Source: a virus
Taxonomy: Duplodnaviria; Heunggongvirae; Uroviricota; Caudoviricetes
DNA length: 64,000 nucleotides
IMG/VR virus record: IMGVR_UViG_3300031413_000001
Reading direction: 5' to 3' (one strand)
Part shown: positions 17,890 through 26,810 of the stretch, piece after piece
Position numbering within the stretch: position 1 is the first letter of the stretch
Layout: each line of letters starts with the position of its first letter
Notes under the pieces: generated by a model
What the model saw: only the letters and a program-made list of their open reading frames with translations
What the model was told of the DNA's origin: nothing
Database searches by the model: none
Translations under genes and position numbers: made by a program

Positions 17890-18338
17890 CCGGCGAACTC
17901 CGTGATGCCCAGGAACTCGCTAACATCCTGACCCAGCGTGACGTGAATCAGATCATGCCCACGCGTCATGTGCTGGTGATTGGGCGTGTCATCGTCGGTT
18001 TCCGATGAGCTCCAGATCTCCGCAGTGGAAACCTTGAACAGGAGACCGCGGGACTCAAAGCCGGCCAGCTTCTTCATCTTGACGCGATTGCGCTTTCCGC
18101 CGTCCAGCAGACCACGATCCTTGCCCTCACTGGTGTCCCAGTAGCCGCGCTCCTTGAGCACGTCGTCGGGGATGATGCTGCCCTCGCTGACGTAGCAGGC
18201 GACTTCGCCCTCGATCCAGCGGTAGTTGCCATCGTCGTCCTTGTTTGCGATGACCCGATGGCCCTCGCTGGTCGTCACGATGGAGAGCTTTTCGCCGTAA
18301 GGCTCAACCTTGGTTACTGTCTGGATGGTCGCGGTCAT
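17886..18338 (-). CDS. Stand-alone OB-like domain resembling the N-terminus of DRB0094-type RNA ligases
   Basis: GEVACYVSEGSIIP, RVKMKKLAGFESRGLL, GQDVSEFLGI pattern; no ligase catalytic motif. Confidence 0.55.
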   Translation of the reverse strand: MTATIQTVTKVEPYGEKLSIVTTSEGHRVIANKDDDGNYRWIEGEVACYVSEGSIIPDDVLKERGYWDTSEGKDRGLLDGGKRNRVKMKKLAGFESRGLLFKVSTAEIWSSSETDDDTPNHQHMTRGHDLIHVTLGQDVSEFLGITEFAG

Positions 18339-18507
18339 TGTTCTTCAGCCTTTCCAATTCTTGTCGATTGCGTTCGTTGCGATCCTTGAGGTCCGCAATG
18401 TAGAGATCCATATAGGCTCTGTGCTGACCTGTATAGAAGCCGGTTGCAAAGACTGCACCCATTATCAAGATCGTTAGGGCCAGGAACATTAAGAACGGAA
18501 TGTCCAT
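18304..18507 (-). CDS. Small membrane protein
   Basis: MDIPFLMFLALTILIMGAVFATGFY TM helix then coiled coil; TAATG coupling. Confidence 0.6.
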   Translation of the reverse strand: MDIPFLMFLALTILIMGAVFATGFYTGQHRAYMDLYIADLKDRNERNRQELERLKNNDRDHPDSNQG

Positions 18508-18770
18508 TACTGGTTGTCCAACCAATTCATGAAGCTGTGGATGCCGCCGCGCATCATCCGGCCCTTGATCTGCCAGGTTCCCTTGGTGGGATAGAACTGG
18601 ATCTTCATCTGGCCCTTGACGATATTCCATGTGCCGTTGGGATCGGGCGTCAGACTGTCGACTTTGGCGCGAACGTCCTCGATCATCGAGCCTGCCTGAG
18701 TGCTCCGGGCCTTGCGCTGCTCGCGCTGCATATCCTTCATATCATTGAAGATATCGCCCATATCACCCAT
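18507..18770 (-). CDS. Hypothetical protein
   Basis: Coupled ORF; IQFYPTKGTW. Confidence 0.7.
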   Translation of the reverse strand: MGDMGDIFNDMKDMQREQRKARSTQAGSMIEDVRAKVDSLTPDPNGTWNIVKGQMKIQFYPTKGTWQIKGRMMRGGIHSFMNWLDNQ

Positions 18771-19375
18771 TAGCTGTCTCCGTGCTCGACCTTGAACTCA
18801 TCGGGAAAATGCTCCTCGACCAGATCATGTATTACAGCAGGAACCCAACGTTTCCAACCATCATCTCGCGTTACGAGAAACTGGCGGAGTTCAGTGGCGC
18901 TGGGAACGTAGTTCTGCGTACGGTCGACCAGATGAAGCTGCCGAAACACACCGTTGGGCATGTAACGCTGGATGAACTCATCGGGCTGATCGTCAGCCGG
19001 CGAACCACACTCCTTGTTGAAGTAGCGACCACGATACCAAATGGCATCGGCGGGCGAACCAGTGAAGTAATCGGTGGGCTCGGGAAGTCCCATGCCGCGC
19101 ACCTTCTTCAGCAGGTAGTCGCACCACTCATTGGTGTCGCGGGTTGCACCAAGGTCGGCCACTGGGACCAGCTTGACACGCTCGCCGTAGATCCGCTTCC
19201 ACATCTGCATCCGCACTTCAACGGAGAATGGGTTGCTGATGCTGATTGGCTTGTCGGCCGAACCACAGGCGAGGATCACCTCATCGTAGTTGGCCGTCAT
19301 GATGTTGGCGATGCCCGTGTGGCCGAGGTGAACCGGCTGAGTACGCATCGCTGCCCATGCAACGCGCCGCGTCAT
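18770..19375 (-). CDS. nadM: Nicotinamide/nicotinate mononucleotide adenylyltransferase (NadM-type)
   Basis: RTQPVHLGH (HxGH), GSADK...NPFS...R, SATELR. Confidence 0.85.
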   Translation of the reverse strand: MTRRVAWAAMRTQPVHLGHTGIANIMTANYDEVILACGSADKPISISNPFSVEVRMQMWKRIYGERVKLVPVADLGATRDTNEWCDYLLKKVRGMGLPEPTDYFTGSPADAIWYRGRYFNKECGSPADDQPDEFIQRYMPNGVFRQLHLVDRTQNYVPSATELRQFLVTRDDGWKRWVPAVIHDLVEEHFPDEFKVEHGDS

Positions 19376-20091
19376 TACGCACCACCCTGCTGGCCGTAGC
19401 GACCTGCGATTTCCCACTGAGCATCGCTCTGCAGCTTGCTGGCCTTTTCGTTGACGCGCTTGAGCTCTGCGCGAAGGTAGATCAGCTCACCCTCCATTGC
19501 AAAGTACCGCTCTTCGCGCTCATATGCTGCCAGGCCCTGCATCATGAGTTCGAAGTGGTTGAAGGCCATTGGATACTTGGCCGCCAGTGCCTCGATGGGC
19601 AGTTCCAGATGAAGATCCGCGATGGGGAGACGCTTGATCTCCTGAATGTCATCACCGGCCGCCAGCGTGTTGACCTGACCCGGCGTCAGTACCGCATAGT
19701 AGCAGACGTTGGTCACGTGGGCCCTGGTGTCCGTCCGGGCGTTTGCACGAACGTCGAACAGCTTGAGCTGCTCCGGATACAGCTTGACCGAGAGTTCCTC
19801 CATTGCCTCACGCATCGCGCATTCCAGGGAGTTCTCACCCTCGTGGAATTCATCAGCGATGTACTTGAGATTCAGAAGCTTGTCGGCCACTGCGCGAGCC
19901 AGCTTCATCTCTTCGGTCTGACCCTCTTCGACGAATCGCGCTTCCATGAAGCCGCCCGGCAAGCTGTCGAAACCGGGATAGACCCACGCACCATCGCTCC
20001 GAACGCCGATGATGATTTCCTTCGCCACCGGGTCGATCAGCAGAAGTGTTGCGGTTGTGCTGGTTGCACGGAATGGATAGATGTATGCCAT
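19375..20091 (-). CDS. Nudix hydrolase (ADP-ribose pyrophosphatase-like)
   Basis: LPGGF, ECAMREAMEEL Nudix box, RTDTRAH, AGDD, MAFNH. Confidence 0.85.
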   Translation of the reverse strand: MAYIYPFRATSTTATLLLIDPVAKEIIIGVRSDGAWVYPGFDSLPGGFMEARFVEEGQTEEMKLARAVADKLLNLKYIADEFHEGENSLECAMREAMEELSVKLYPEQLKLFDVRANARTDTRAHVTNVCYYAVLTPGQVNTLAAGDDIQEIKRLPIADLHLELPIEALAAKYPMAFNHFELMMQGLAAYEREERYFAMEGELIYLRAELKRVNEKASKLQSDAQWEIAGRYGQQGGA

Positions 20092-20274
20092 TTAAGCCTC
20101 CTGTATGGTGAGCCGATGGCAGCAAATATCCACCTTGGCCCAAGTTGCGCCGTTCCAAGCCTTAAAGGCTTCTTCGTATGTCGTAAACGGTCCGTAGCTT
20201 TCCTGAGTGCCCTGTTCAAGCACTAAAAAGTCCGTGTTGGTGTAAATTCCGCCCTGAACCAAAAACATGCTCAT
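20092..20274 (-). CDS. Small DUF4170-like protein
   Basis: VQGGIY...ESYGPFTTYEEAFKAW...VD pattern; ATGA coupling. Confidence 0.5.
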   Translation of the reverse strand: MSMFLVQGGIYTNTDFLVLEQGTQESYGPFTTYEEAFKAWNGATWAKVDICCHRLTIQEA

Positions 20275-20609
20275 CTCCGCATTAGCTTCTCGAGCATTAA
20301 GTCCTGCTTCACCCTTTTTACAACCTGTTCCGGGTCTTCGAGCCACTCTTTGAGCTTTAGGGCAACTGCGGCAGTCACTGCGTCCTTGACATCAATCTCC
20401 GCTTCCTTGCAGAGCTTCTTCAAATCCTTGGTGTCCTGCTGATTCAGCCCAACCATGACCGTGACGTCGCGATCCCTGCCGGAAAGCCAACTGGTGTGCG
20501 TCAACGTGGTCTTGCAATGGATACACTTTCCATTGCTGCCGTAGAGCTGGTTGCGTGTCATCTTGGCATTGCACGTGGGCGACGTACAGCCAAAGAGTGG
20601 ATTCGCCAT
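20271..20609 (-). CDS. Zinc-ribbon protein
   Basis: CTSPTC ... CIHC. Confidence 0.65.
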   Translation of the reverse strand: MANPLFGCTSPTCNAKMTRNQLYGSNGKCIHCKTTLTHTSWLSGRDRDVTVMVGLNQQDTKDLKKLCKEAEIDVKDAVTAAVALKLKEWLEDPEQVVKRVKQDLMLEKLMRR

Positions 20610-20824
20610 CAGTCCGCTTTGACTGAAATCGAAATGTCGTTGAGCTTGGCCGGAACGTACTGGTTGTCCATGTAGCCCGTGGTCGTGCTGTCACTGATGT
20701 TCAGCTTGAACTCCTCGGGCTTGACATCAATCTCGTGAGTGGCCGCCATATGCTGGACGAGGATCTCACGGATTGCTGCTTCATCGAACGTGTAGGTTGT
20801 GGTTGTCTTGACCAGTCCGACCAT
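20609..20824 (-). CDS. Hypothetical protein
   Basis: RBS GGAGGAAGAG; coupled ORF. Confidence 0.65.
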   Translation of the reverse strand: MVGLVKTTTTYTFDEAAIREILVQHMAATHEIDVKPEEFKLNISDSTTTGYMDNQYVPAKLNDISISVKAD

Positions 20825-20836
20825 CTTCTCTTCCTC

Positions 20837-21049
20837 CTAATAGACCACTGTGAATGAGGGTTCGGCACAGACATCAAACTTTCGATGTCGCATACTGTCA
20901 ATGAGAATCTTGGCTTGCTTTTGGGTCAGCCAAGTGGCATCCTCTTTGACAGTCGTGAACGGCCCGGTGTTTCCTCGAATCCAGCTTGAGTGACCACAGT
21001 ACCACTCTCTGGGTTCACCTAGCTTGAAGACGAGATGTTTGCCCTTCAT
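20837..21049 (-). CDS. Hypothetical protein
   Basis: ATGA overlap with pncB stop. Confidence 0.6.
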   Translation of the reverse strand: MKGKHLVFKLGEPREWYCGHSSWIRGNTGPFTTVKEDATWLTQKQAKILIDSMRHRKFDVCAEPSFTVVY

Positions 21050-22359
21050 ACGAACACCGGGGCATCCTTCATGCCGTCTGCACCAAAGATCTTCCTGTAG
21101 CGGTCGACTTCCTTTTCGGGGCCAGTGGCCTTGGTGTAATTGTCGCTCAGCTTGACCGCGGGATGACCGTCAGCTTCAACGACCTTACAGACCAGCGAGA
21201 GCGGATCCAGCGAATGCTCCCCACGCGGATGGCAGCCCTTGAAATCGTTGGTAAGCATCGTGCCCCAACCAAAGCCAACGGTGACCTGATCCTTGTAGGT
21301 GTTCCACAGTTCGATGATGTTGTCGACGTCCAGACCATCGCTGAAGAGAACCAGCTTTTTCTTGGCGTCAACGCCCATCAGCTTCCACCAAGCAATCAGT
21401 TCCTCGGTGGCCGCATGGGGCTCCTTGCTGTCGGGACGGAAACCACGCCACTGACTGATCCACTGCGGTGCATCCTTCAAGAACTGTGTGGTTCCAAAAG
21501 TGTCCGGCAATGCGACCAGGAGGTTGCCCGAATACTCGTTCTGCCACTGCTTCAGCACCTCGTACTGGACAGCCTTCAGATCTTCGTCCTTGCCGCCCAT
21601 TCCGGCCTTGATTGCCGTCAGGGTCATGGGCAGTTCGTGTGCGTTGGTGCCGATTGCCTCAAGGCCCAACTCGGAAGCCAGGTAAGCGTTGCTGGTGCCT
21701 GCAAAGCCATCGCCGAGGACTTCCTTTGCTGCGCTGACCGCCCATTCCTGCCAGAGAAAACTGTGGCGACGACGGGTGCCCATATCGGACAGTCCCTTGA
21801 CGCCCGCGGCCTTGATGCTTTGCAGCTTGCCCCACAGTTTGGTCTTGGCACACGAGTAGAGAACGTCGAGTTCGAACTTGCTCAGGTCGGCCAGTGCTGC
21901 GCGGGTCTTGAGTTCCGAGACGATCGAAAGCGCGTGGATTTCCCACAAGCTGGTGATCATCCAGGGACCGGTGAACCGGAGAACGTAGTCGCCATCACTG
22001 TTCTTGCTGAGTTCATATTCGGGCAAGTGGAGCCGGCGAAGATGGTCGATGAACGCTGGCTTGAAGATGCGCTCCTGACCATAGAATGTCGCACCCTGGA
22101 GCCAGATCAGTTCCTTGGGCGTGAACCGCAAAGTGCGAACATGATCCAGCTGGGCGCGGAGTTCTGCTTCGTCGATGATCTTGCCGAGATTCACGGACTT
22201 GGTCCGGTTCTTCAACTGCAAGGTGATCACGTGCATGGGGTAACGCTCATGAATGAACTGGAGCATCAGCAGCTTGTAGAAATCGTCGTCGAGAAGCGAG
22301 CGCACGATGGGATCCATGCGCCAGTTATGATTGTGGGCGCGTGTTGCGAGATCGACCAT
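21046..22359 (-). CDS. pncB: Nicotinate phosphoribosyltransferase
   Basis: SLLDDDFYKLLMLQ, DMGTRRRHS, GTSN, GTNAHE, LPDTFGT, RPDS, FSDGL, KLSDN; proteobacterial PncB type rather than Nampt. Confidence 0.93.
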   Translation of the reverse strand: MVDLATRAHNHNWRMDPIVRSLLDDDFYKLLMLQFIHERYPMHVITLQLKNRTKSVNLGKIIDEAELRAQLDHVRTLRFTPKELIWLQGATFYGQERIFKPAFIDHLRRLHLPEYELSKNSDGDYVLRFTGPWMITSLWEIHALSIVSELKTRAALADLSKFELDVLYSCAKTKLWGKLQSIKAAGVKGLSDMGTRRRHSFLWQEWAVSAAKEVLGDGFAGTSNAYLASELGLEAIGTNAHELPMTLTAIKAGMGGKDEDLKAVQYEVLKQWQNEYSGNLLVALPDTFGTTQFLKDAPQWISQWRGFRPDSKEPHAATEELIAWWKLMGVDAKKKLVLFSDGLDVDNIIELWNTYKDQVTVGFGWGTMLTNDFKGCHPRGEHSLDPLSLVCKVVEADGHPAVKLSDNYTKATGPEKEVDRYRKIFGADGMKDAPVFV

Positions 22360-22423
22360 TGGAGCCTCCTATTCAGTTACAAGTGGTGCGATAGCAGGTC
22401 TCCCCACTATCGCAACCAGTTTG

Positions 22424-23509
22424 TTAGGCCTGGGCTGCGGTTGCAGCCTCAAGGGCAGGAGAAACAGCCTGCGGCCGACCCGATGCGTCCAAGACGCTCG
22501 AGGGGACGAACAGCCGATTGTCGATTTCCGACAGCGCCGCGTAACGGTCGTGGATCTTGTTCTGGATGTTGACCGGGTTCATGCGCTTGAACCACGTTGC
22601 GCCGACCCGCGTGACGACCGAGTTGAACACCTGCATGGCGCGCTCGTCATCGACCAGTTCCAGTGCATCACGAACCTGGCCAACGCTGGTGTCGCTGCTG
22701 ATCACCCGATTGTCCTGCAGGATATCCGAGATCGCGTTGATCATCAGGTCCCATTCCAGGTAGCTGGCACCCAGCTGGGCTTCGTCACCTGCGCTGATAC
22801 CCAGACCATCGGTTGGCGTTGCGCGCCACGTGGTCTCGGGAACGCCCACGTACTTGCTGATGAACGGAACTTCCCAGCTCTTCAGAAGCGACTGGATGGG
22901 CGAGAGGTCACCCACATCACCGTGTAGCGTCCAGAAGCCGGCAGCCAGTTCCGAGAAGTTGTCGGTGCTTGCGACCAGTCCGCGCTCCGCGGCAGCGAGA
23001 TTGTACAGCGTGACCATCCGGAGACGTGCGCGAACATTGCCGCGACGGATCTTGATCGCCGTGGTCTCTTCCTCGGCAAAGACCAGATCGGGATCGACGA
23101 TCGCCTGCGTCTTCAGCGTTGCCTCGTAGAGGAGACCCAGATCAACGTGCTGGTGTTCCAGGCCCAGTGCCATGCAGGCCTCGATGCCGCTCTGCGTTTC
23201 TGCGGGATCCTGCTTGATCGGCATCGTAACACCGATGACACGCCATTCAGCGCGCTTGAACAGTGCCGCGGTCAGTGCCGAGTCAACACCGCCGCTCATG
23301 CCCAGCACGACCGTCGAGATGTTGTTCTCTTCGCGATACTTGACCAGGCGGGCCACGATATCGTCGGCCAGGTCGGCCAGCTGAACTTCTGTGGGGAAAT
23401 GGCCCTGATTGATCTGAAGGGCCAGTTGATTCTCAAACCAGGGGCTCAGAGCGCCGATGTTGTTTTGGCGCGAGAGGTCGAGAATTGGAAAGCGTAGTGT
23501 ATCGTTCAT
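22424..23509 (-). CDS. nadE: NH3-dependent NAD+ synthetase
   Basis: LGMSGGVDSA PP-loop, NVRARLRM, STDNFSE, GFWTLHGD, PTDGL; no glutaminase domain. Confidence 0.92.
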   Translation of the reverse strand: MNDTLRFPILDLSRQNNIGALSPWFENQLALQINQGHFPTEVQLADLADDIVARLVKYREENNISTVVLGMSGGVDSALTAALFKRAEWRVIGVTMPIKQDPAETQSGIEACMALGLEHQHVDLGLLYEATLKTQAIVDPDLVFAEEETTAIKIRRGNVRARLRMVTLYNLAAAERGLVASTDNFSELAAGFWTLHGDVGDLSPIQSLLKSWEVPFISKYVGVPETTWRATPTDGLGISAGDEAQLGASYLEWDLMINAISDILQDNRVISSDTSVGQVRDALELVDDERAMQVFNSVVTRVGATWFKRMNPVNIQNKIHDRYAALSEIDNRLFVPSSVLDASGRPQAVSPALEAATAAQA

Positions 23510-23581
23510 GTGCCTTACCTTTCGATAGGTTTTATGGTCCAACAGGATCGCGACCGGAATCCGTTCCTGCTATGCTGTTAC

Positions 23582-24187
23582 TTATACATCCGAGATATCC
23601 TCCACGTCAACATCCGTCTCAACAAAGTTTTGAATGTCGAGACTGACTATGGGAACATCAGTGGGAAGGGCCAGCCGGAATAGCATGGCGGCCTTCCGAT
23701 CCTTGAACGCAACCGCAAGCCCACGAGTGTTGGCTTTTCGGTAGTCCTTGTTCATCTTCAGCTTGCTGTCACGGAGTTGCATCATAAATGATTCCTCCCA
23801 TGCAGCCGACTTGTTATGCTTGAATGGAACGAGAAGCAGCCACGACCACGCATCCTGCTGGTCATCCTTTTCGATCCGCTTAATCAGATCTGAAAAACTG
23901 CTGCCATACTTGTCTGCGAGGTCGTTGAAGCGGCGCTCCTTCTCGATAAAGTCGGCGAGCACCGTTGTGTTGCCCACCGTTTCCTTTACGATGATCTCGA
24001 TGATCACGACGTCTCGGTCAGGCAGTGTTTTATCAGAATTGCGTGACCAACTGGCCGTGCCCAGGCTGTTCTTGAGGTGCCCAAGATTGTTCCAAGTCTT
24101 ACCAGTCTTGGACCAGCCACCACCGGCAGTACGATACAGCCCGGATGTCTGATCCTTTACCTTATAGACCTTGATCTCGTCGCTCAT
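23582..24187 (-). CDS. Hypothetical protein, paralog of 13137-13736
   Basis: YKVKDQ...GKTWN; C-terminal FKDRKAAMLFRL. Confidence 0.7.
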   Translation of the reverse strand: MSDEIKVYKVKDQTSGLYRTAGGGWSKTGKTWNNLGHLKNSLGTASWSRNSDKTLPDRDVVIIEIIVKETVGNTTVLADFIEKERRFNDLADKYGSSFSDLIKRIEKDDQQDAWSWLLLVPFKHNKSAAWEESFMMQLRDSKLKMNKDYRKANTRGLAVAFKDRKAAMLFRLALPTDVPIVSLDIQNFVETDVDVEDISDV

Positions 24188-24229
24188 CCAGGACTCCTTT
24201 GCCCTGGTCTAGCAGAAACCAACTCGCTG

Positions 24230-24670
24230 TCAAGTGTTGTGGTTTTTGACCTTGTTATAGATGGATAGGTTCGTCACACCTAGGGCGATGATCTCATCCT
24301 GCGTCAGCTTCTTCAGCGCCTTTTCACGAAGGTGCTCGCGACGTGCATCCGGATCAAACTCCACAGGCGTGGTCTCCATGGTCAGTTCCAAGTCCACCAA
24401 TTCCACAGTAGAACTGGAATCCAAGCCCTCTTTGATGCCATAGAACAGCGTCATAGCCCTATCCAGCGGCATGTTGCTCAGGTTTGTGGCATCGCGAATG
24501 TCCTCGACACCGGCCCAACCATCATGGCCTCGGAGGCTGGAACCCTTGGTGTCGTAATCGTAATCCTTGCTGGCCTTTCGCTGATAGAAGTAGAGTTGGC
24601 GTGCTTCCTTGTCATATCCCCAAACGGTTTTGATCAAGATGACGCGGCGCTTTTCAACAGTCTTGGTCAT
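24230..24670 (-). CDS. Hypothetical protein, tandem paralog
   Basis: C-terminal REKALKKLTQDEIIALGV...YNKVKNHN. Confidence 0.7.
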   Translation of the reverse strand: MTKTVEKRRVILIKTVWGYDKEARQLYFYQRKASKDYDYDTKGSSLRGHDGWAGVEDIRDATNLSNMPLDRAMTLFYGIKEGLDSSSTVELVDLELTMETTPVEFDPDARREHLREKALKKLTQDEIIALGVTNLSIYNKVKNHNT

Positions 24671-25068
24671 GCGTTGTGGTACTTGGTCTTGATGTACGTG
24701 GCGACGCTGACGATACCCAGCGCCTTGATGTCCCGTTCGGTCAGCTTGTTGAGCGCAATCCTCTGGCGCATTTCCTTGAACTCGCCCTCAACGGCATCCA
24801 GAAGATCTTCGGTTTCAATGGTGGTTTGAACGCGCACCATTTCCACTTCTTCTTCATCAAAGTACTCTTGAAAGCTGGTAAAGAGCGCCATCTGAGTGTC
24901 GATGGAATTGTCCGTGATATCCATTGCCTCATCGAGGGTGTATGCGGTGGTAACACGCCAACCACCCTCACCATTCTCCCAAGCGTTGCCCAGGTACACA
25001 TACTCGCTGTCAGAGGAGTCCAAGTAGCGAATAGCCGTGATAGTCTTGTTGGTGGTTGTTGTGCTCAT
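24667..25068 (-). CDS. Hypothetical protein, tandem paralog
   Basis: C-terminal RIALNKLTERDIKALGI...YIKTKYHN; ATG 25068. Confidence 0.7.
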   Translation of the reverse strand: MSTTTTNKTITAIRYLDSSDSEYVYLGNAWENGEGGWRVTTAYTLDEAMDITDNSIDTQMALFTSFQEYFDEEEVEMVRVQTTIETEDLLDAVEGEFKEMRQRIALNKLTERDIKALGIVSVATYIKTKYHNA

Positions 25069-25126
25069 AGGATTGCCCTTCCGTTCACACCTTTTTATGC
25101 AGGGGCGAACGGAAAGGTCGATATTG

Positions 25127-25357
25127 ATGTTTGGATTAAGTGGTGTGCGCTGCGGTGTCTGCGGCATGGCCTTTGAGCACAAGGACTACAGCAAGGGGCA
25201 GCATGGTGAGGCAATCTACTGGGCCGATCCAGCACTCAGTCCCCACACGGATGTCAAGGTAAACTTCTGCGGTGTCATGCACTCTTTTGAGTGGCACAAG
25301 GCCAAGATGGAGGCCGGCAAGAACATCACTCAGGACAACGATCAGTCTGCTGTCTAA
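25127..25357 (+). CDS. Small putative Zn-binding protein
   Basis: CGVC ... CGVMH; GGAAAGG RBS. Confidence 0.5.
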   Translation: MFGLSGVRCGVCGMAFEHKDYSKGQHGEAIYWADPALSPHTDVKVNFCGVMHSFEWHKAKMEAGKNITQDNDQSAV

Positions 25358-25400
25358 TGCCCTGCTAGTGTTCAATTAGTGCCGCACCGGCCCCATCCCA

Positions 25401-26801
25401 TCAGAGGAACACGCGCCAGTAGCCTGGCATGTAGTCCCCCGAAACTGCGTCAACCCAGGTCTCCCCGGTCCAGCGAAGCTGCTTTCCACTTCGACTGTTG
25501 AGGACGACGAATTGGTTGGTGGTCGCTGATGCATCAAAGCTCACGACCCACTTTCCATTCTTGTATTCCACGATGTCATTGGTTGATGCTTCCAGATCAT
25601 TCCATTCGGGAACAGCCTGGAGGTCATCTGCCAAGAGATACCTCTGACCCTCTTGGGCCTCGGGAACAGCACCACGACCAGGAGCATGACCGGCATTGGG
25701 ATCAACCATGCCGTCGATGGTCTGAAGTGTGTTGATGGGAAGCGTCTCACTATCTGGGGTCCACCATAGCTTGTTGGGCTGTGTGGGGTGGAAACCAAAG
25801 ATGCCTGCCATATCAGTATCATGATCATCCATGTCTGCGGTAGTCTTTAGACGGAACTGACTGACACCGGGACGGAATGCTCCATAGCGTTCAATAAGTG
25901 GCTTCCAGCTGAGAACGTTGCCCTGGTCATCATGCTCATTTCCATGCTCGGTTAGAAGCGTGGCGTAGAACTGTGGAAGACCATTCTCGTACTCAACATC
26001 AACTCGTGCCTGATGATTGCCCGGCGTTACGATAACGCGAGCATGATCATCCTTGGCACTGAAGTTGTATCCACCACCCTGTTCAGCTTGGTAGTTGTCG
26101 GCGTTGTCCATCATGCCAATGTTCATGACAATCTGATGGATGATGTTCTGGCGCTTGATCTTGGCCGGTGGGCTGAGCCAGATGGGCATCTTAAAGCTGA
26201 GTGTGGAAATCTCAATGTCATCGTCGGTGCCAATTGGCATCTCACGGTTGGTCCACTGAATGTCATCACCCAACAACTCAACAACCGTTAGACTTCCCCA
26301 GTCCACTGGGTTATCACCGGTCTGAAGGTCGATGCTGGGGTTGAACAAGATCAGGACCTGCTCCATGAACTGATGCTTCTGTAGTTCATTGGAAGTCCAG
26401 ATGTTTACCCTCATGGTGATATCGTAGGGAATGGCCATGTAGGTTTCCACACTGTAGGTGGCACCCAGCTGGTCTGTGTACTTTCCAGTAGCGGGATCAA
26501 TGGCCCTTTCCCACACGTTGCTGGTGCGAACGTGATTGGGAGTCTGACGCCTCTCAGCGCTCTGACGGATGCTGGTCATCTCGCAGGAAATCTGCGGGGT
26601 GCTCAGGATGGTATTTTCACTTCCGTTTCTCAGGATGTGGCCAATCTGTCGATTCTTGCTGGCAAGTTTGACAGGAAAGTACCGGCGAGTGCGGACCCCA
26701 TTGGAGTCCACACCGCTTTCATATTGAAAACCTTCGAAGATACGGCAGAATTGCATCCAGTAACGGCGCATCTGCCCATCATACCAATAATCCAGGGCCA
26801 T
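25401..26801 (-). CDS. gp15: Tail sheath stabiliser / tail completion protein (gp15-like) with C-terminal extension
   Basis: YWYDGQMRRY, PYDITMRVNIWT, EQVLILFNP, FKMPIWLSPP; position next to neck genes. Confidence 0.75.
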   Translation of the reverse strand: MALDYWYDGQMRRYWMQFCRIFEGFQYESGVDSNGVRTRRYFPVKLASKNRQIGHILRNGSENTILSTPQISCEMTSIRQSAERRQTPNHVRTSNVWERAIDPATGKYTDQLGATYSVETYMAIPYDITMRVNIWTSNELQKHQFMEQVLILFNPSIDLQTGDNPVDWGSLTVVELLGDDIQWTNREMPIGTDDDIEISTLSFKMPIWLSPPAKIKRQNIIHQIVMNIGMMDNADNYQAEQGGGYNFSAKDDHARVIVTPGNHQARVDVEYENGLPQFYATLLTEHGNEHDDQGNVLSWKPLIERYGAFRPGVSQFRLKTTADMDDHDTDMAGIFGFHPTQPNKLWWTPDSETLPINTLQTIDGMVDPNAGHAPGRGAVPEAQEGQRYLLADDLQAVPEWNDLEASTNDIVEYKNGKWVVSFDASATTNQFVVLNSRSGKQLRWTGETWVDAVSGDYMPGYWRVFL

Positions 26802-26810
26802 GTTGATTCC

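Noticed and set aside
21163-22572. 469-aa plus-strand ORF; similar long antisense ORFs at 5171-6229, 13934-14893, 19357-20226, 34177-35535, 36968-38695, 52067-53251
   Set aside because: They lie opposite well-supported genes, lack RBS and motifs, and are expected shadows of GC-rich codon bias
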